Below are positions 48,112 through 57,571 of a stretch of DNA of 64,000 nt, in pieces. The DNA is taken from positions 2,946 to 66,945 of the forward strand of contig CAYTGL010000001.1 of the NCBI GenBank assembly GCA_964437335.1. The letters are read 5' to 3'. Position 1 is the first letter of the stretch; each line of letters opens with the position of its first letter. A program made the translations under genes and the position numbers. This stretch comes from an uncultured Chromatiales bacterium. Lineage in GTDB: Bacteria > Pseudomonadota > Gammaproteobacteria > SZUA-140. Under the pieces are notes generated by a model. That model did not search any database and was not told the DNA's origin. It was given only the letters and a program-made list of their open reading frames with translations.

Positions 48112-48708
48112 ATGACCGAGAGCCCGCTGATCAGACGCCTGATCGAGGCGTTGCGCTGCCTGCCCGGCGTCGGGCCGAAATCCGCGCAGCGCATGGCCTT
48201 CTATCTGCTGGAACGCAACCGAGACGGCGCCCGCAAACTCGCCGCGACGCTGCAGGAGGCGGCGGAGAGGGTCGGCCGCTGCAGCGAGTGCCGCACGCTG
48301 AGCGAACACCCCGTGTGCCGCCTGTGCGCCGCGGAAAACCGGAATACCGCCCAGCTCTGCGTCGTCGAAAGTCCCGCCGACGTGCAGGCGATCGAGCAGA
48401 CGACCTCCTACCAAGGGCTTTACTTCGTGCTGATGGGGCATCTGTCGCCGCTCGATGGCATCGGTCCCGCTGATATCGGACTTGATCAGCTCGCGGAGCG
48501 CTTCGCGCGCGGCGCGGTGAAGGAGGTCATCCTCGCAACGAACCCGACGGTCGAGGGCGAGGCAACCGCGCATTACATCGCCGACATCGCACGCCAGCAC
48601 GGCGTCCGCGCAAGCCGCATCGCCTATGGCGTTCCGTTCGGCGGGGAGCTCGAGTACGTCGACACCGGGACGCTGTCGCATGCACTTGCCGGCCGCAGGG
48701 AGCTATGA
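48112..48708 (+). CDS. recR: recombination protein RecR
   Basis: C4 zinc finger ([16 protein letters not shown]), Toprim domain. Confidence 0.95.
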   Translation: MTESPLIRRLIEALRCLPGVGPKSAQRMAFYLLERNRDGARKLAATLQEAAERVGRCSECRTLSEHPVCRLCAAENRNTAQLCVVESPADVQAIEQTTSYQGLYFVLMGHLSPLDGIGPADIGLDQLAERFARGAVKEVILATNPTVEGEATAHYIADIARQHGVRASRIAYGVPFGGELEYVDTGTLSHALAGRREL

Positions 48709-49113
48709 ATGATCTCGGGAACCCTCGCCTTCATGATTCTGACCTGGTTCATCATGCTGGGCGCCTTTTTCCTCCATCGCTATCGAAAGCTGCATCTCAC
48801 CGTCATGTCATCGGTGATCGCGCTGGATGTCTGTTTCCCCTTTTATCTGTTGCTGACCCGCGACTGGCAAAAGCGGTTCTTTGAGGACGGCGAGATCCTG
48901 TCCTTCCTGCTGTGGATGCACCTGATGCTGATAATCACGCTCTATGTGCTGTATGTCGTGCAGGTCCAGGCCGGCCGGAAGATCCTCAATGGTGATCAGA
49001 AGATCAAGGTCGAGCACCGCGGTCAGGGCATCGGTATTCTTGTGACACGTGCCCTTATCATCCTGACCGGCGGCCTGCTGGTCGAGCCGCCACCGATGGC
49101 CGATGGCTCCTGA
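48709..49113 (+). CDS. hypothetical small integral membrane protein (4 TM)
   Basis: 134 aa. ATG overlaps the recR stop (TGAATG). Translationally coupled to the downstream rrf2 gene. Confidence 0.6.
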   Translation: MISGTLAFMILTWFIMLGAFFLHRYRKLHLTVMSSVIALDVCFPFYLLLTRDWQKRFFEDGEILSFLLWMHLMLIITLYVLYVVQVQAGRKILNGDQKIKVEHRGQGIGILVTRALIILTGGLLVEPPPMADGS

Positions 49114-49571
49114 TGCAACTGACGCTTTATACCGATTACTCGCTACGGGTGCTGATATACCTGGGTGTCCATCACAACCGGCTTGCAACGATCTCGGAGA
49201 TCGCGGCCGGATATGGCGGCATCTCCCGCAACCATCTGGTCAAGGTCGTCCATAACCTGTCGATTCACGGCTACATCCGCACGACGCGTGGCAAGGGCGG
49301 GGGCCTGATGCTCGCCCGCGAACCCCGGGCGATCAATATCGGGGACGTGGTCAGACACACCGAGGTGAATTTCGATGTCGTCGAGTGCTTCGACAAGGAA
49401 AGAAACCGCTGTCCGATCACGCCGGCCTGCCGGCTGAAGGGCGCGCTGCGCGAAGCGCTGTCTGCATTCATGGTGGTGCTCGACGGCTACACGCTTGCGG
49501 ATGTGCTCGCGAATAAGCATGAACTTTCCGCACTGCTCGGCGGAACCAAGGTATCAAGGGATCAGACCTGA
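49113..49571 (+). CDS. Rrf2-family transcriptional regulator (NsrR/IscR-like, three-Cys cluster)
   Basis: N-terminal wHTH (YSLRVLIYLG...ISEIA). Cys pattern CFDKERNRCPITPAC consistent with an Fe-S-binding Rrf2 member. Confidence 0.85.
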   Translation: MQLTLYTDYSLRVLIYLGVHHNRLATISEIAAGYGGISRNHLVKVVHNLSIHGYIRTTRGKGGGLMLAREPRAINIGDVVRHTEVNFDVVECFDKERNRCPITPACRLKGALREALSAFMVVLDGYTLADVLANKHELSALLGGTKVSRDQT

Positions 49572-49614
49572 AATTTCACATATTGTGGATGTGAAATTTC
49601 AGGTCTGATCCCTT
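49556..49614. terminator. bidirectional terminator: 26-bp perfect inverted repeat shared by convergent rrf2 and rsgA 3' ends
   Basis: AGGGATCAGACCTGAAATTTCACAT-attgtgg-ATGTGAAATTTCAGGTCTGATCCCT. Each arm encodes ...SRDQT* of one gene. Confidence 0.6.
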
Positions 49615-50561
49615 GATTCGGAAAATGAATCGAGCAGGGCGCGATAACTTTCAACGCGCGCGCGGCTGATCAGGCCCTGATCCGCCGCTGCATTGATCGC
49701 GCAACCGGGCTCGTCCGAGTGCCGGCAGTCGCGGTAGCGGCAGTGTTCGAGATGGCCGCGAAACTCCCGAAAGCCCTGGGCCAGCTCGCCGGCCTTGACC
49801 GGCCAGAGCCGGAATTCCCGGACGCCCGGAGAATCGATGATGTCTCCGCCTCCCGGCAAATGAAACAGCATCGAGACCGTAGTGGTATGGCGGCCCTTGC
49901 CGCCGACGCGGGACAGTTCTCCGATGCGGATCTCGTGCCCGGGGACGAGGGCGTCGATCAGCGAGGATTTACCGACACCGGATTCGCCGACCACCACGCT
50001 GCGGTGGCCATGCAGCAGCGCGCGCAGCGCATCGAGTCCGTCATCCATTATTGCGCTGGTAGAGATGATCCGGTAACCGGTCGCGCGATACGGCGCCAGT
50101 TGCGCGTCAAGCTGAGTGCGTCGGTCCGTATCGGCAAGATCAATCTTATTGATGACGATGATGGCTTCGATGCCGAGCAGCTCGGCGGCGACTAGATAGT
50201 TGTCGATCAGGTCGTGCTTCAGCAGTGTGCGGGCATCATCATCATCATCGGCGCTGCGATGGGGGATCGCGCCGGTGACGAGAATCTGATCGATGTTGGC
50301 GCACAGCAGTTTGGGTTTGCCACGCGGATCCGGGCGTGAAAGCAGCGTGCCGCGGGGCAGGATGCCGGAGACGACGGCAGGCCCGTGCGCCTGCGCCACC
50401 CATTCGACCTGGTCCCCGCAGATGACCGCGCCCGCCATTTTGCGCGCGACGCAGTGGACGACCTTGCCGTCTGCCGTTTCGACGAGCAGAGTCTGCCCGT
50501 GGTTCGCGATCACGAGTCCGGTGGCTGGCAGGCGGGGCGTGTCGGGCATCGATCGCGTCAA
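49599..50561 (-). CDS. rsgA: ribosome small-subunit biogenesis GTPase RsgA (YjeQ)
   Basis: Circularly permuted GTPase (GESGVGKSSL), OB fold, C-terminal zinc knuckle (CRYRDCRHSDEPGC). Confidence 0.9.
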   Translation of the reverse strand: MTRSMPDTPRLPATGLVIANHGQTLLVETADGKVVHCVARKMAGAVICGDQVEWVAQAHGPAVVSGILPRGTLLSRPDPRGKPKLLCANIDQILVTGAIPHRSADDDDDARTLLKHDLIDNYLVAAELLGIEAIIVINKIDLADTDRRTQLDAQLAPYRATGYRIISTSAIMDDGLDALRALLHGHRSVVVGESGVGKSSLIDALVPGHEIRIGELSRVGGKGRHTTTVSMLFHLPGGGDIIDSPGVREFRLWPVKAGELAQGFREFRGHLEHCRYRDCRHSDEPGCAINAAADQGLISRARVESYRALLDSFSESRDQT

Positions 50562-51832
50562 GGCCGTCTAACTGCGTTCGACAGATGGGCGATGCGGGCG
50601 GAGGCCTGCGGGTGCGAGTGGTGGTAGGCCGAGTACAGCGGATCGGGGGTCAGCGTTGAGGCATTGTCACGATAGAGCTTGACCAGCGCGCTGACGAGAT
50701 CTCCGGCGTTCGCCAGTTGCGCGGCGAAATCGTCCGCCTCGTATTCCTGGCGTCGGCTGAGCTGCATCATCAGCGGCGTGATGATGAAACCGAATATCGG
50801 CCCCGCGAACGCGAACAGCAGCAGCGCCCCGTGATGAGACGCGGTGTCGAGCCCGAGCCCGCTGTAATACCACCCCTGACCGAGCAGCCAGTCGAGCAGC
50901 AGCAGGCCGGCGAGCCCGAGCAGGGCGTTCTTGGCGAGGTGCTTGTGGACGTGATGGCGGCGGAAGTGCCCGAGTTCATGGGCGAGTACGGCCTCAATCT
51001 CGGCCGGTGTCAGCGTATCGAGCAGCGTATCGAAGAAGACAATGCGCTTGTTTGCGCCGAGGCCGGTAAAGTAGGCATTGCCATGCGCCGACCGCCGCGA
51101 GCCGTCCATGACGAACACGCCATTACTGGAAAAACCGGCGCGCGCGAGCAGCGCGTCGATGCGCCGCTTCAGTTCGACATTGTCGAGCGGTTCAAAGCGA
51201 TTGAACCAGGGCGCGATCAATGCCGGCCATGCCCAGATCATCAACAGCGTAAAGCCAAGCCAGGCCAACCAGGTGTACAACCACCACAAGGGGCGAGTCT
51301 CCAGCGCGAGCGGGTTTCCCGGACCCATCAGCATCAGCACGATCGTCACGAGCGGCAGGCCGATTATCAGCGTCAACAGCCCGCTCTTGACCAGGTCTGT
51401 CACGAACAGGGCGGGTCGAGTATGATTGAATCCGAAACGTTGTTCGATGACAAAGACGCGCCAGACTGACAGCGGCAGTGTCAGCAATGCGTTCATGAAC
51501 ATGACGCTGAAGATGACGCCGGCTCCGGTCGCGTACGGATCGGCCATGAAACCGCGCCAATACGAATCGAGCGCGCTGATACCGCCGCCGAGAGTCCAGG
51601 CAAGCAACAGGACGACGTGACAGACCGCGCTCACGATCTCGAATCGCGCCCCGGCCAGCGTGTAGTCCGCCGCCTTGCGATGCTGCTCGAGGCTGATGCG
51701 GGACGCGAATGCCTCGGGCACCCGGTCACGATGCCCGGCGACATGGTGGATCTGCCGCCGGGCCAGCCACAACTGGATACCGGTGGCGACAATCAGCGCG
51801 GCGATAAAGATCCCGGTGAATAAATTCATCAA
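50558..51832 (-). CDS. M48-family zinc metallopeptidase (Ste24/HtpX-like) with N-terminal membrane domain
   Basis: HEXXH (HELGHF) plus downstream E; multiple TM helices. Confidence 0.85.
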   Translation of the reverse strand: MMNLFTGIFIAALIVATGIQLWLARRQIHHVAGHRDRVPEAFASRISLEQHRKAADYTLAGARFEIVSAVCHVVLLLAWTLGGGISALDSYWRGFMADPYATGAGVIFSVMFMNALLTLPLSVWRVFVIEQRFGFNHTRPALFVTDLVKSGLLTLIIGLPLVTIVLMLMGPGNPLALETRPLWWLYTWLAWLGFTLLMIWAWPALIAPWFNRFEPLDNVELKRRIDALLARAGFSSNGVFVMDGSRRSAHGNAYFTGLGANKRIVFFDTLLDTLTPAEIEAVLAHELGHFRRHHVHKHLAKNALLGLAGLLLLDWLLGQGWYYSGLGLDTASHHGALLLFAFAGPIFGFIITPLMMQLSRRQEYEADDFAAQLANAGDLVSALVKLYRDNASTLTPDPLYSAYHHSHPQASARIAHLSNAVRRP

Positions 51833-51871
51833 TAGCGTGAAGCGACCTTATCAACGGCAGGACGAAACGAC

Positions 51872-52417
51872 ATGGCGCAAGACCCCAATCACCTTATCTG
51901 GATAGATCTGGAAATGACCGGTCTCAATACGGAGACCGATTATATCATCGAGATCGCAACGATCGTGACCGACAGCGAATTGAATATCCTCGCGGAGGGT
52001 CCGGTGATTGCCATTCATCAGGAGGATACGGTGCTGGCGGCGATGGACGAGTGGAACACCCGCCAGCATGGACGATCAGGGTTGACCGCGCGGGTACGTG
52101 AAAGCCGGATCGATGAGGCCGCCGCCGAGCAGGCGACACTGGCCTTTCTGCAGGAGTACGTACCGGCCGGCAAGTCGCCGATGTGCGGCAACAGCATCTG
52201 CCAGGACCGGCGCTTTCTCGCGCGTCACATGCCCGAACTCGAACGCTACTTTCATTACCGTAATCTCGACGTCAGCGTCTTCAAGGAACTGGCGCGCCGC
52301 TGGGCGCCGGCGATCTTCAACGGATTCAGCAAGGAACCGGCCCACCTTGCCCTCGAGGACGTGCGCGATTCAATCCGGGAACTGCAGTATTACAGGGAGC
52401 ATTTCATCATTAAATGA
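51872..52417 (+). CDS. orn: oligoribonuclease
   Basis: 181 aa DEDDh exonuclease ([11 protein letters not shown]..., H...D). Confidence 0.95.
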   Translation: MAQDPNHLIWIDLEMTGLNTETDYIIEIATIVTDSELNILAEGPVIAIHQEDTVLAAMDEWNTRQHGRSGLTARVRESRIDEAAAEQATLAFLQEYVPAGKSPMCGNSICQDRRFLARHMPELERYFHYRNLDVSVFKELARRWAPAIFNGFSKEPAHLALEDVRDSIRELQYYREHFIIK

Positions 52418-52437
52418 AAAGGGTAGCGTCCCTTTTT

Positions 52438-52773
52438 CTAGCGCTTGACCAAATCTCCTGAATTGATGCGGTGAGTATGTCCGATCTCCGCGCCGATGAA
52501 GATCACCATGAAGTCGCCATTGCCGGGCTTGTCGAAGGTGAAGTTGCCATCGGCGTCGAAGTTGCCGGTAACCAGTGTCTTGCCATCAGCGTCCTTCAGC
52601 AGTACCCGATCGCGATCAGCCGGCGGACTGCCGTCCACGTATCCGGCGCTGCAGGTGACCGTCCCGTTCTGGTTGTCGAAGCAGTCCATGTAGGATTCAT
52701 GGGCGAGCACGGCGACACCTGGGAGCAGGATGCCGGCGCACGACAGAATCAGATTTCTGAGCGCGCGCTTCAT
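52438..52773 (-). CDS. small secreted beta-sandwich (carboxypeptidase-regulatory-like) His-containing protein
   Basis: Signal peptide MKRALRNLILSCAGILLPGVAVLA; VLLKDADGKTLVTGNFDADGNFTF motif; HTHRIN. ATG overlaps the stop of the upstream DUF4198 gene (ATGA). Confidence 0.6.
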   Translation of the reverse strand: MKRALRNLILSCAGILLPGVAVLAHESYMDCFDNQNGTVTCSAGYVDGSPPADRDRVLLKDADGKTLVTGNFDADGNFTFDKPGNGDFMVIFIGAEIGHTHRINSGDLVKR

Positions 52774-53552
52774 CAGCGGACCTGAAAGGTCAGCGTCGTC
52801 GTGTAGGACTCGACGTCGCAGACCTTCGAGTCCGGATACGGCTGCCGCACGTTGGTCCGGATCAGCCATTTGCCCGGGTGCAGGATGCGAATCGAGGCCT
52901 TGCCTTCGTTGTCGGCCTCGACGGTATAGGCATAGGCGCCATCGTTGGAAAAGCCGGCATAGGTCGCGAACACCATGCCTTCGTACGGCTTGTCACGGAC
53001 AAAGACCTGCACGTCCATGAAATCGCCGACGCGAAGCCCGGCCGGGTTCGACAGCGGCACGATCTCGAGGGCCTGCCCATGGCGCTTGCCGGCCTGATCC
53101 TGACCCTTGCCGTTACCGACGGTCAGAATCGCCTTCATGTTGTTCGATGAGTACGAGCAGCCGAGGACGCCGTCGAGCCCTTCCTTCGACTGCCGGTGGT
53201 TGCCCCGGGTAGTGCGGGTGAAAAAGCTGCTGGTCTGCGTCGCGAGCAGTACATAGGTGCCGGCGCCGTTTAATTCCGGCGTCGTGTAGCCGACGTCGTC
53301 TTTCGGTTCGAGCGCATGCTGCTTGCCATCCGGGCCGACCAGTGTGATGCTCCCGAGTCGGTCGTTCGGCATGAAGCCCTCGAGGGGAAAGGAATGACCG
53401 ATACCGACGAAGGCGGTCATGGAGCGCCCTTCGGGAGGCGTGTAGTTTGAGGCCATCAGCCAGGGATAATGGGCCTGGGCAGCCGTAGCCGACAGCAGCA
53501 GTCCACCGAGCAGACTGGAATGGAGCAGGCGACGAGCAGGAATCGACAACAT
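52773..53552 (-). CDS. DUF4198-domain periplasmic protein, copy 3
   Basis: 259 aa. Signal peptide then HYPWLM...; same family architecture as copies 1 and 2. Confidence 0.7.
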   Translation of the reverse strand: MLSIPARRLLHSSLLGGLLLSATAAQAHYPWLMASNYTPPEGRSMTAFVGIGHSFPLEGFMPNDRLGSITLVGPDGKQHALEPKDDVGYTTPELNGAGTYVLLATQTSSFFTRTTRGNHRQSKEGLDGVLGCSYSSNNMKAILTVGNGKGQDQAGKRHGQALEIVPLSNPAGLRVGDFMDVQVFVRDKPYEGMVFATYAGFSNDGAYAYTVEADNEGKASIRILHPGKWLIRTNVRQPYPDSKVCDVESYTTTLTFQVR

Positions 53553-53717
53553 GAGCTGGCTTCCTTTTTCTGGCGACGAATTGGAGGACAGAATGTAGGA
53601 AATAATATATTAATATCCTAATTCCGTCAATGTTCCGGCAGCCAGACTTCAACTCGACAATGGGATCGCTCGTGTGCAAAGCGACCCCATTCGCCAACGC
53701 TGTTATCAGTTACAGGC

Positions 53718-54308
53718 TTACCACCACTTCGGACCGGACCCTGCATGCGGTACGCTGTGGCAGCGCTCGCAGGTCCAGATATTGAACGCGACCTTGTCGT
53801 GGCAGCGGCCGCAGAACTCGCCGGCGAGGATGCGCGTCATCGAGATCGGATTGGCGCCCTTTTGCGGGATGAAGATACCGAAATGGCAGTTGCTGCAGGT
53901 CAGCCACTGGGTATGCGGCTTGTGGGGAAACAGTACATGCGGCATGTTCTTGGTGTTGGTCATCAGGATGTCGAGATCCATGACCCGCATCAGTTCGTTG
54001 TCCCAGGGATCGTCGGTCAGGGTCCTGCGGGGGTTAATCAAGGATTCGTTCAGCGTGCGCACCCAGTTGATCTCGCCGCGCCGGTCGACCGGAAAATTCT
54101 TCATCGATTCTTGCGGGTTCTGTAATCGTCGCGTGGCCTCATTGTCAGGGTCATGAATGCCGGACTCGACATTCGGCGAGAGCGGCGGGGCGGTATTGAT
54201 ATCGACCGCATACACCGGGAGCCACAACAAGCACAGCGCGAAGATCGGCGCCAACGAAAGGTAGCGCTTGCCGGGTAGCCTGCGGCGCCGGTCGTCAGAG
54301 TTGTTCAT
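53718..54308 (-). CDS. tri-haem c-type cytochrome (three CxxCH motifs)
   Basis: CSNCH, CGRCH, CERCH. Start placed at MNNSDDRRRRLPGKRYLSLAPIFALCLLWLPVYA (signal-like). Overlaps the queG 3' end by ~14 nt. Confidence 0.65.
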   Translation of the reverse strand: MNNSDDRRRRLPGKRYLSLAPIFALCLLWLPVYAVDINTAPPLSPNVESGIHDPDNEATRRLQNPQESMKNFPVDRRGEINWVRTLNESLINPRRTLTDDPWDNELMRVMDLDILMTNTKNMPHVLFPHKPHTQWLTCSNCHFGIFIPQKGANPISMTRILAGEFCGRCHDKVAFNIWTCERCHSVPHAGSGPKWW

Positions 54309-55485
54309 GCCACGCCCCTCCTGTATCGCGACCGGTCGTCCGGTCTTGTGATTGTGCCAGCGCCCACCGCACATGTTCGTGTACCAATGGGGAAGGATCA
54401 TCGACGCGCTTTCTCAATGTGTCGGCGATGATGACAGCCTGCGGCGCCTGCGCGGTGCGCAGGGCATTACCGAGCGCGACTGCGATGTTGCGCAGCCAGC
54501 CTTCGTGACCGACGCGGCGAATCGCCGAGCCTTCGGTGTATTTTAAGAACTCCGCTTCATTCCACGCAAATAAAACGCCGAGGGATGCCGCGTCCAGGCC
54601 GTGGCGCGGCCTGAAATCGCCATTGGGGCTTAATTGCGCGAAACGGTTCCACGGGCACACGAGTTGGCAGTCGTCACAGCCGAAGATTCGGTTGCCGATC
54701 AGCGGGCGCAGGTCCTCCGGGATCGACCCGCGCAGCTCGATCGTCAGATAGGAGATGCAGCGCCGTGCGTCGAGCCGCCAAGGTCCGACGATCGCCCGGG
54801 TCGGGCAGATCTCGATGCACGCCTGGCAGGTACCGCAGCGCGCCTCCGCCGGCGCGTCGATCGGCAACGGCAGGTCGGTGTAGATCTCGCCGAGAAAGAA
54901 CCACGAGCCGGCCTCGGTCGACAGCAGATTCGTATGCTTGCCGATCCAGCCCAGCCCGGCCTTTTCCGCGAGCGCCTTTTCGAGCACTGGCGCACTATCG
55001 GCGAAGACGCGATAGCCGAAAGACCCGACGGATGTTGAAATGCGGTTCGCAAGGCCCTGCAGGCGACTCCTGACTACCTTGTGATAATCGCGCCCGAGGG
55101 CGTATCGGGAGATATAGGCCGACATCGGATCGGCGAGCACGGCCTCGGGCTCGGCGCCGCCGGGCGGCAGGTAGTTCATCCGCGCGGAGATCACGCGCAC
55201 AGTGCCGGGTTGCAGCTCTGCCGGACGGCTGCGCCGGGTCCCGTGGCGCGCCATCCAGGCCATCTCGCCATGAAATCCGGCCTCGAGCCAGTGCTGCAAA
55301 TGGGATTCATGGGCGTCGAGCCGGGTATCGGTGATGCCGATCCGGTCAAATCCGCAGGCGAGGCCCCAGGCCTTGATATCCGCTGCGAGGCGGGTGAAAT
55401 CTACTGGTTTGAAATCGTCCGGGTCGGAATCCTCCGGCGGCTCGCGGTGTTTATGGTTCTGTGGCGTCGACATTATCGCTATCAT
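54295..55485 (-). CDS. queG: epoxyqueuosine reductase QueG
   Basis: Two 4Fe-4S ferredoxin motifs (CGTCQACIEICP, CDDCQLVCPWN). Conserved QueG N-terminal domain. Confidence 0.9.
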   Translation of the reverse strand: MIAIMSTPQNHKHREPPEDSDPDDFKPVDFTRLAADIKAWGLACGFDRIGITDTRLDAHESHLQHWLEAGFHGEMAWMARHGTRRSRPAELQPGTVRVISARMNYLPPGGAEPEAVLADPMSAYISRYALGRDYHKVVRSRLQGLANRISTSVGSFGYRVFADSAPVLEKALAEKAGLGWIGKHTNLLSTEAGSWFFLGEIYTDLPLPIDAPAEARCGTCQACIEICPTRAIVGPWRLDARRCISYLTIELRGSIPEDLRPLIGNRIFGCDDCQLVCPWNRFAQLSPNGDFRPRHGLDAASLGVLFAWNEAEFLKYTEGSAIRRVGHEGWLRNIAVALGNALRTAQAPQAVIIADTLRKRVDDPSPLVHEHVRWALAQSQDRTTGRDTGGAWHEQL

Positions 55486-55492
55486 AGCGCGG

Positions 55493-56989
55493 ATGCATCC
55501 GCTACCCCACCACCTCTATCGCGCCGCGCAGGTCAGGGAACTCGACCGCCTTGCGATCGATGAATATGGGATACCTGCAACGGCCCTGATGGAACGGGCC
55601 GGCGCCGCGGCCTTCGGCGTGCTGCAGTGGCGCTGGCCGGACGTACGGCGCATCGCGGTGTTATGCGGGACCGGCAATAATGGCGGCGACGGTTATGCGC
55701 TCGCGCGCCATGCCCGCGCCGCGGGTTATGCCGTTGATGTCTTTCACCTCGGCACACCGCAGGACCCGCACGGCGCCGCGGCCCAGACCGCTGAAGTGCT
55801 GGTCTCGAACGGGCCTCCCGTGGCGGCCTGGGAAGGGCAGCCGCTGGAAGAGTACGAATTGATCGTCGATGCGCTGTTCGGCACCGGTCTCGATCGTGAG
55901 GTCACCGGCGTACCACGCAAGGCCATCCTCGCGATCAATGCCAGCGGTGCGAAGGTGCTGGCGCTCGATGTGCCGTCCGGTCTTGATGCGGATACCGGCC
56001 ATGTGCTGGGTGCGGCGATTCGCGCCGATGTGACCGTGACCTTCATCGGACTGAAGCAGGGGCAGTTTACCGCGGCGGGCCTCGATTGCTGCGGTGCCGT
56101 CCATTACAGCAGCCTCGATGTACCGGTTGAAATCTTTTCGCGCGTGACGCCGGCGGCAATCCGCTATGCGCTCGACAGCCTCGAGGAACTGCTCGCGCCG
56201 CGGCCCAGGGACAGCCACAAGGGACACTTTGGCCATGTGCTCGTGATCGGCGGCGAGCGTGGCATGAGCGGCGCGGTCCAGCTCGCGGCTGAGGCGGCGT
56301 TGCGCAGCGGGGCAGGGCTGGTCAGCATCGCAACGCGCGCCGAGCATGCCGCATTGCACACTATCCGGTGCCCGGAGATCATGTCACACGGTATCGAGGG
56401 CGGCGCCGGCCTGCGCGGATTGATCGAGCGCGCGTCCGTCATCGCGATCGGCCCCGGTCTCGGCCGCTCGGCCTGGGCGCACGGCCTGCTCGGTGTGGTG
56501 CTCGAATCACGGCGGCTGCCGATCATCGTGGATGCCGATGCGCTGAATCTGCTGGCCGCAGAACCTCAGCGGCGCGACGACTGGATACTGACACCGCATC
56601 CGGGTGAGGCGGGGCACCTGCTCGGCGCGACAGCGGAGGAAGTTCAGCGCGATCGCTTCACGGCCGTCGAAACCCTGCAGAAGCGTTATGGCGGTGTCGT
56701 GGTACTGAAAGGCGCCGGCACCCTGGTTTGTTCCGGCGATCGGGTCATCGGCCTGTGCGCTGCGGGAAATCCGGGCATGGCCGCCGGCGGCATGGGGGAC
56801 GTGCTGACCGGCATCATCGCAGGGTTGGTCGCCCAGCACATCAGCCTTGCCGATGCGGCTTGTCTCGGCGCCATGCTGCACGCGGAAGCCGGCGACCGGG
56901 CCGCCGCAACCAGCGGGCAGCGCGGCCTGATCGCCAGCGATCTGCTCGCCAGACTGCCAAGACTGATCAATCCGCAAGCGCGCCGCTGA
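55493..56989 (+). CDS. nnr: bifunctional NAD(P)H-hydrate repair enzyme Nnr (YjeF)
   Basis: N-terminal YjeF epimerase domain (GTGNNGGDG). C-terminal carbohydrate-kinase-like dehydratase (GPGLG, GMGDVLTG). Start at the internal Met MHPLPHH. Confidence 0.9.
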   Translation: MHPLPHHLYRAAQVRELDRLAIDEYGIPATALMERAGAAAFGVLQWRWPDVRRIAVLCGTGNNGGDGYALARHARAAGYAVDVFHLGTPQDPHGAAAQTAEVLVSNGPPVAAWEGQPLEEYELIVDALFGTGLDREVTGVPRKAILAINASGAKVLALDVPSGLDADTGHVLGAAIRADVTVTFIGLKQGQFTAAGLDCCGAVHYSSLDVPVEIFSRVTPAAIRYALDSLEELLAPRPRDSHKGHFGHVLVIGGERGMSGAVQLAAEAALRSGAGLVSIATRAEHAALHTIRCPEIMSHGIEGGAGLRGLIERASVIAIGPGLGRSAWAHGLLGVVLESRRLPIIVDADALNLLAAEPQRRDDWILTPHPGEAGHLLGATAEEVQRDRFTAVETLQKRYGGVVVLKGAGTLVCSGDRVIGLCAAGNPGMAAGGMGDVLTGIIAGLVAQHISLADAACLGAMLHAEAGDRAAATSGQRGLIASDLLARLPRLINPQARR

Positions 56990-57444
56990 TGCGGTGCAGG
57001 ATCGCCACGGAGGAGGAGATGGCGGTGCTCGGTGCGCGGCTCGCCCAGGCCCTCATAGGCGGATGCATCATCACGCTGGGCGGTCCGCTCGGCGCGGGCA
57101 AGACGACGCTGGTGCGCGCGGTCCTGCGTGCGCTCGGCCATGCCGGCACTGTCAGGAGTCCGACCTATACTCTGGTCGAATCCTATGCCGTTCGCGGGAT
57201 GAAGATTCATCATTTCGATTATTATCGCCTTGCCGATCCTGCCGAGCTGGAGTACACCGGATTGCGGGATCTGCTCGAACCCGGCGCGATCGGCCTGATC
57301 GAGTGGCCAGAACGCGGCGCAGGGTGGACACCACCGGTGGATCTCCATATCGAGATTTCGCTGACCGGGTCGATACGGGAAGTGGAATTACGCGCATTGG
57401 GGCCGGGCGGGCGAAGAATCATAGCGGGGATCTCCTGTCCATAA
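56989..57444 (+). CDS. tsaE: tRNA threonylcarbamoyladenosine biosynthesis ATPase TsaE (YjeE)
   Basis: P-loop GPLGAGKTTLVR; conserved ...SPTYTLV...HFDYYRL. ATG overlaps the nnr stop (TGATG). Confidence 0.85.
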   Translation: MRCRIATEEEMAVLGARLAQALIGGCIITLGGPLGAGKTTLVRAVLRALGHAGTVRSPTYTLVESYAVRGMKIHHFDYYRLADPAELEYTGLRDLLEPGAIGLIEWPERGAGWTPPVDLHIEISLTGSIREVELRALGPGGRRIIAGISCP

Positions 57445-57571
57445 ACTTCAATGGCTTAGGATGCTTATATCAGGTCGCGTACAAAAACTTCATGGTATCT
57501 ATCTTAAATACTTGCAATCACACAGGGTTTATATTAAAAAATCCGGGTCGCGGATTAGCAGAGAAAACAGA

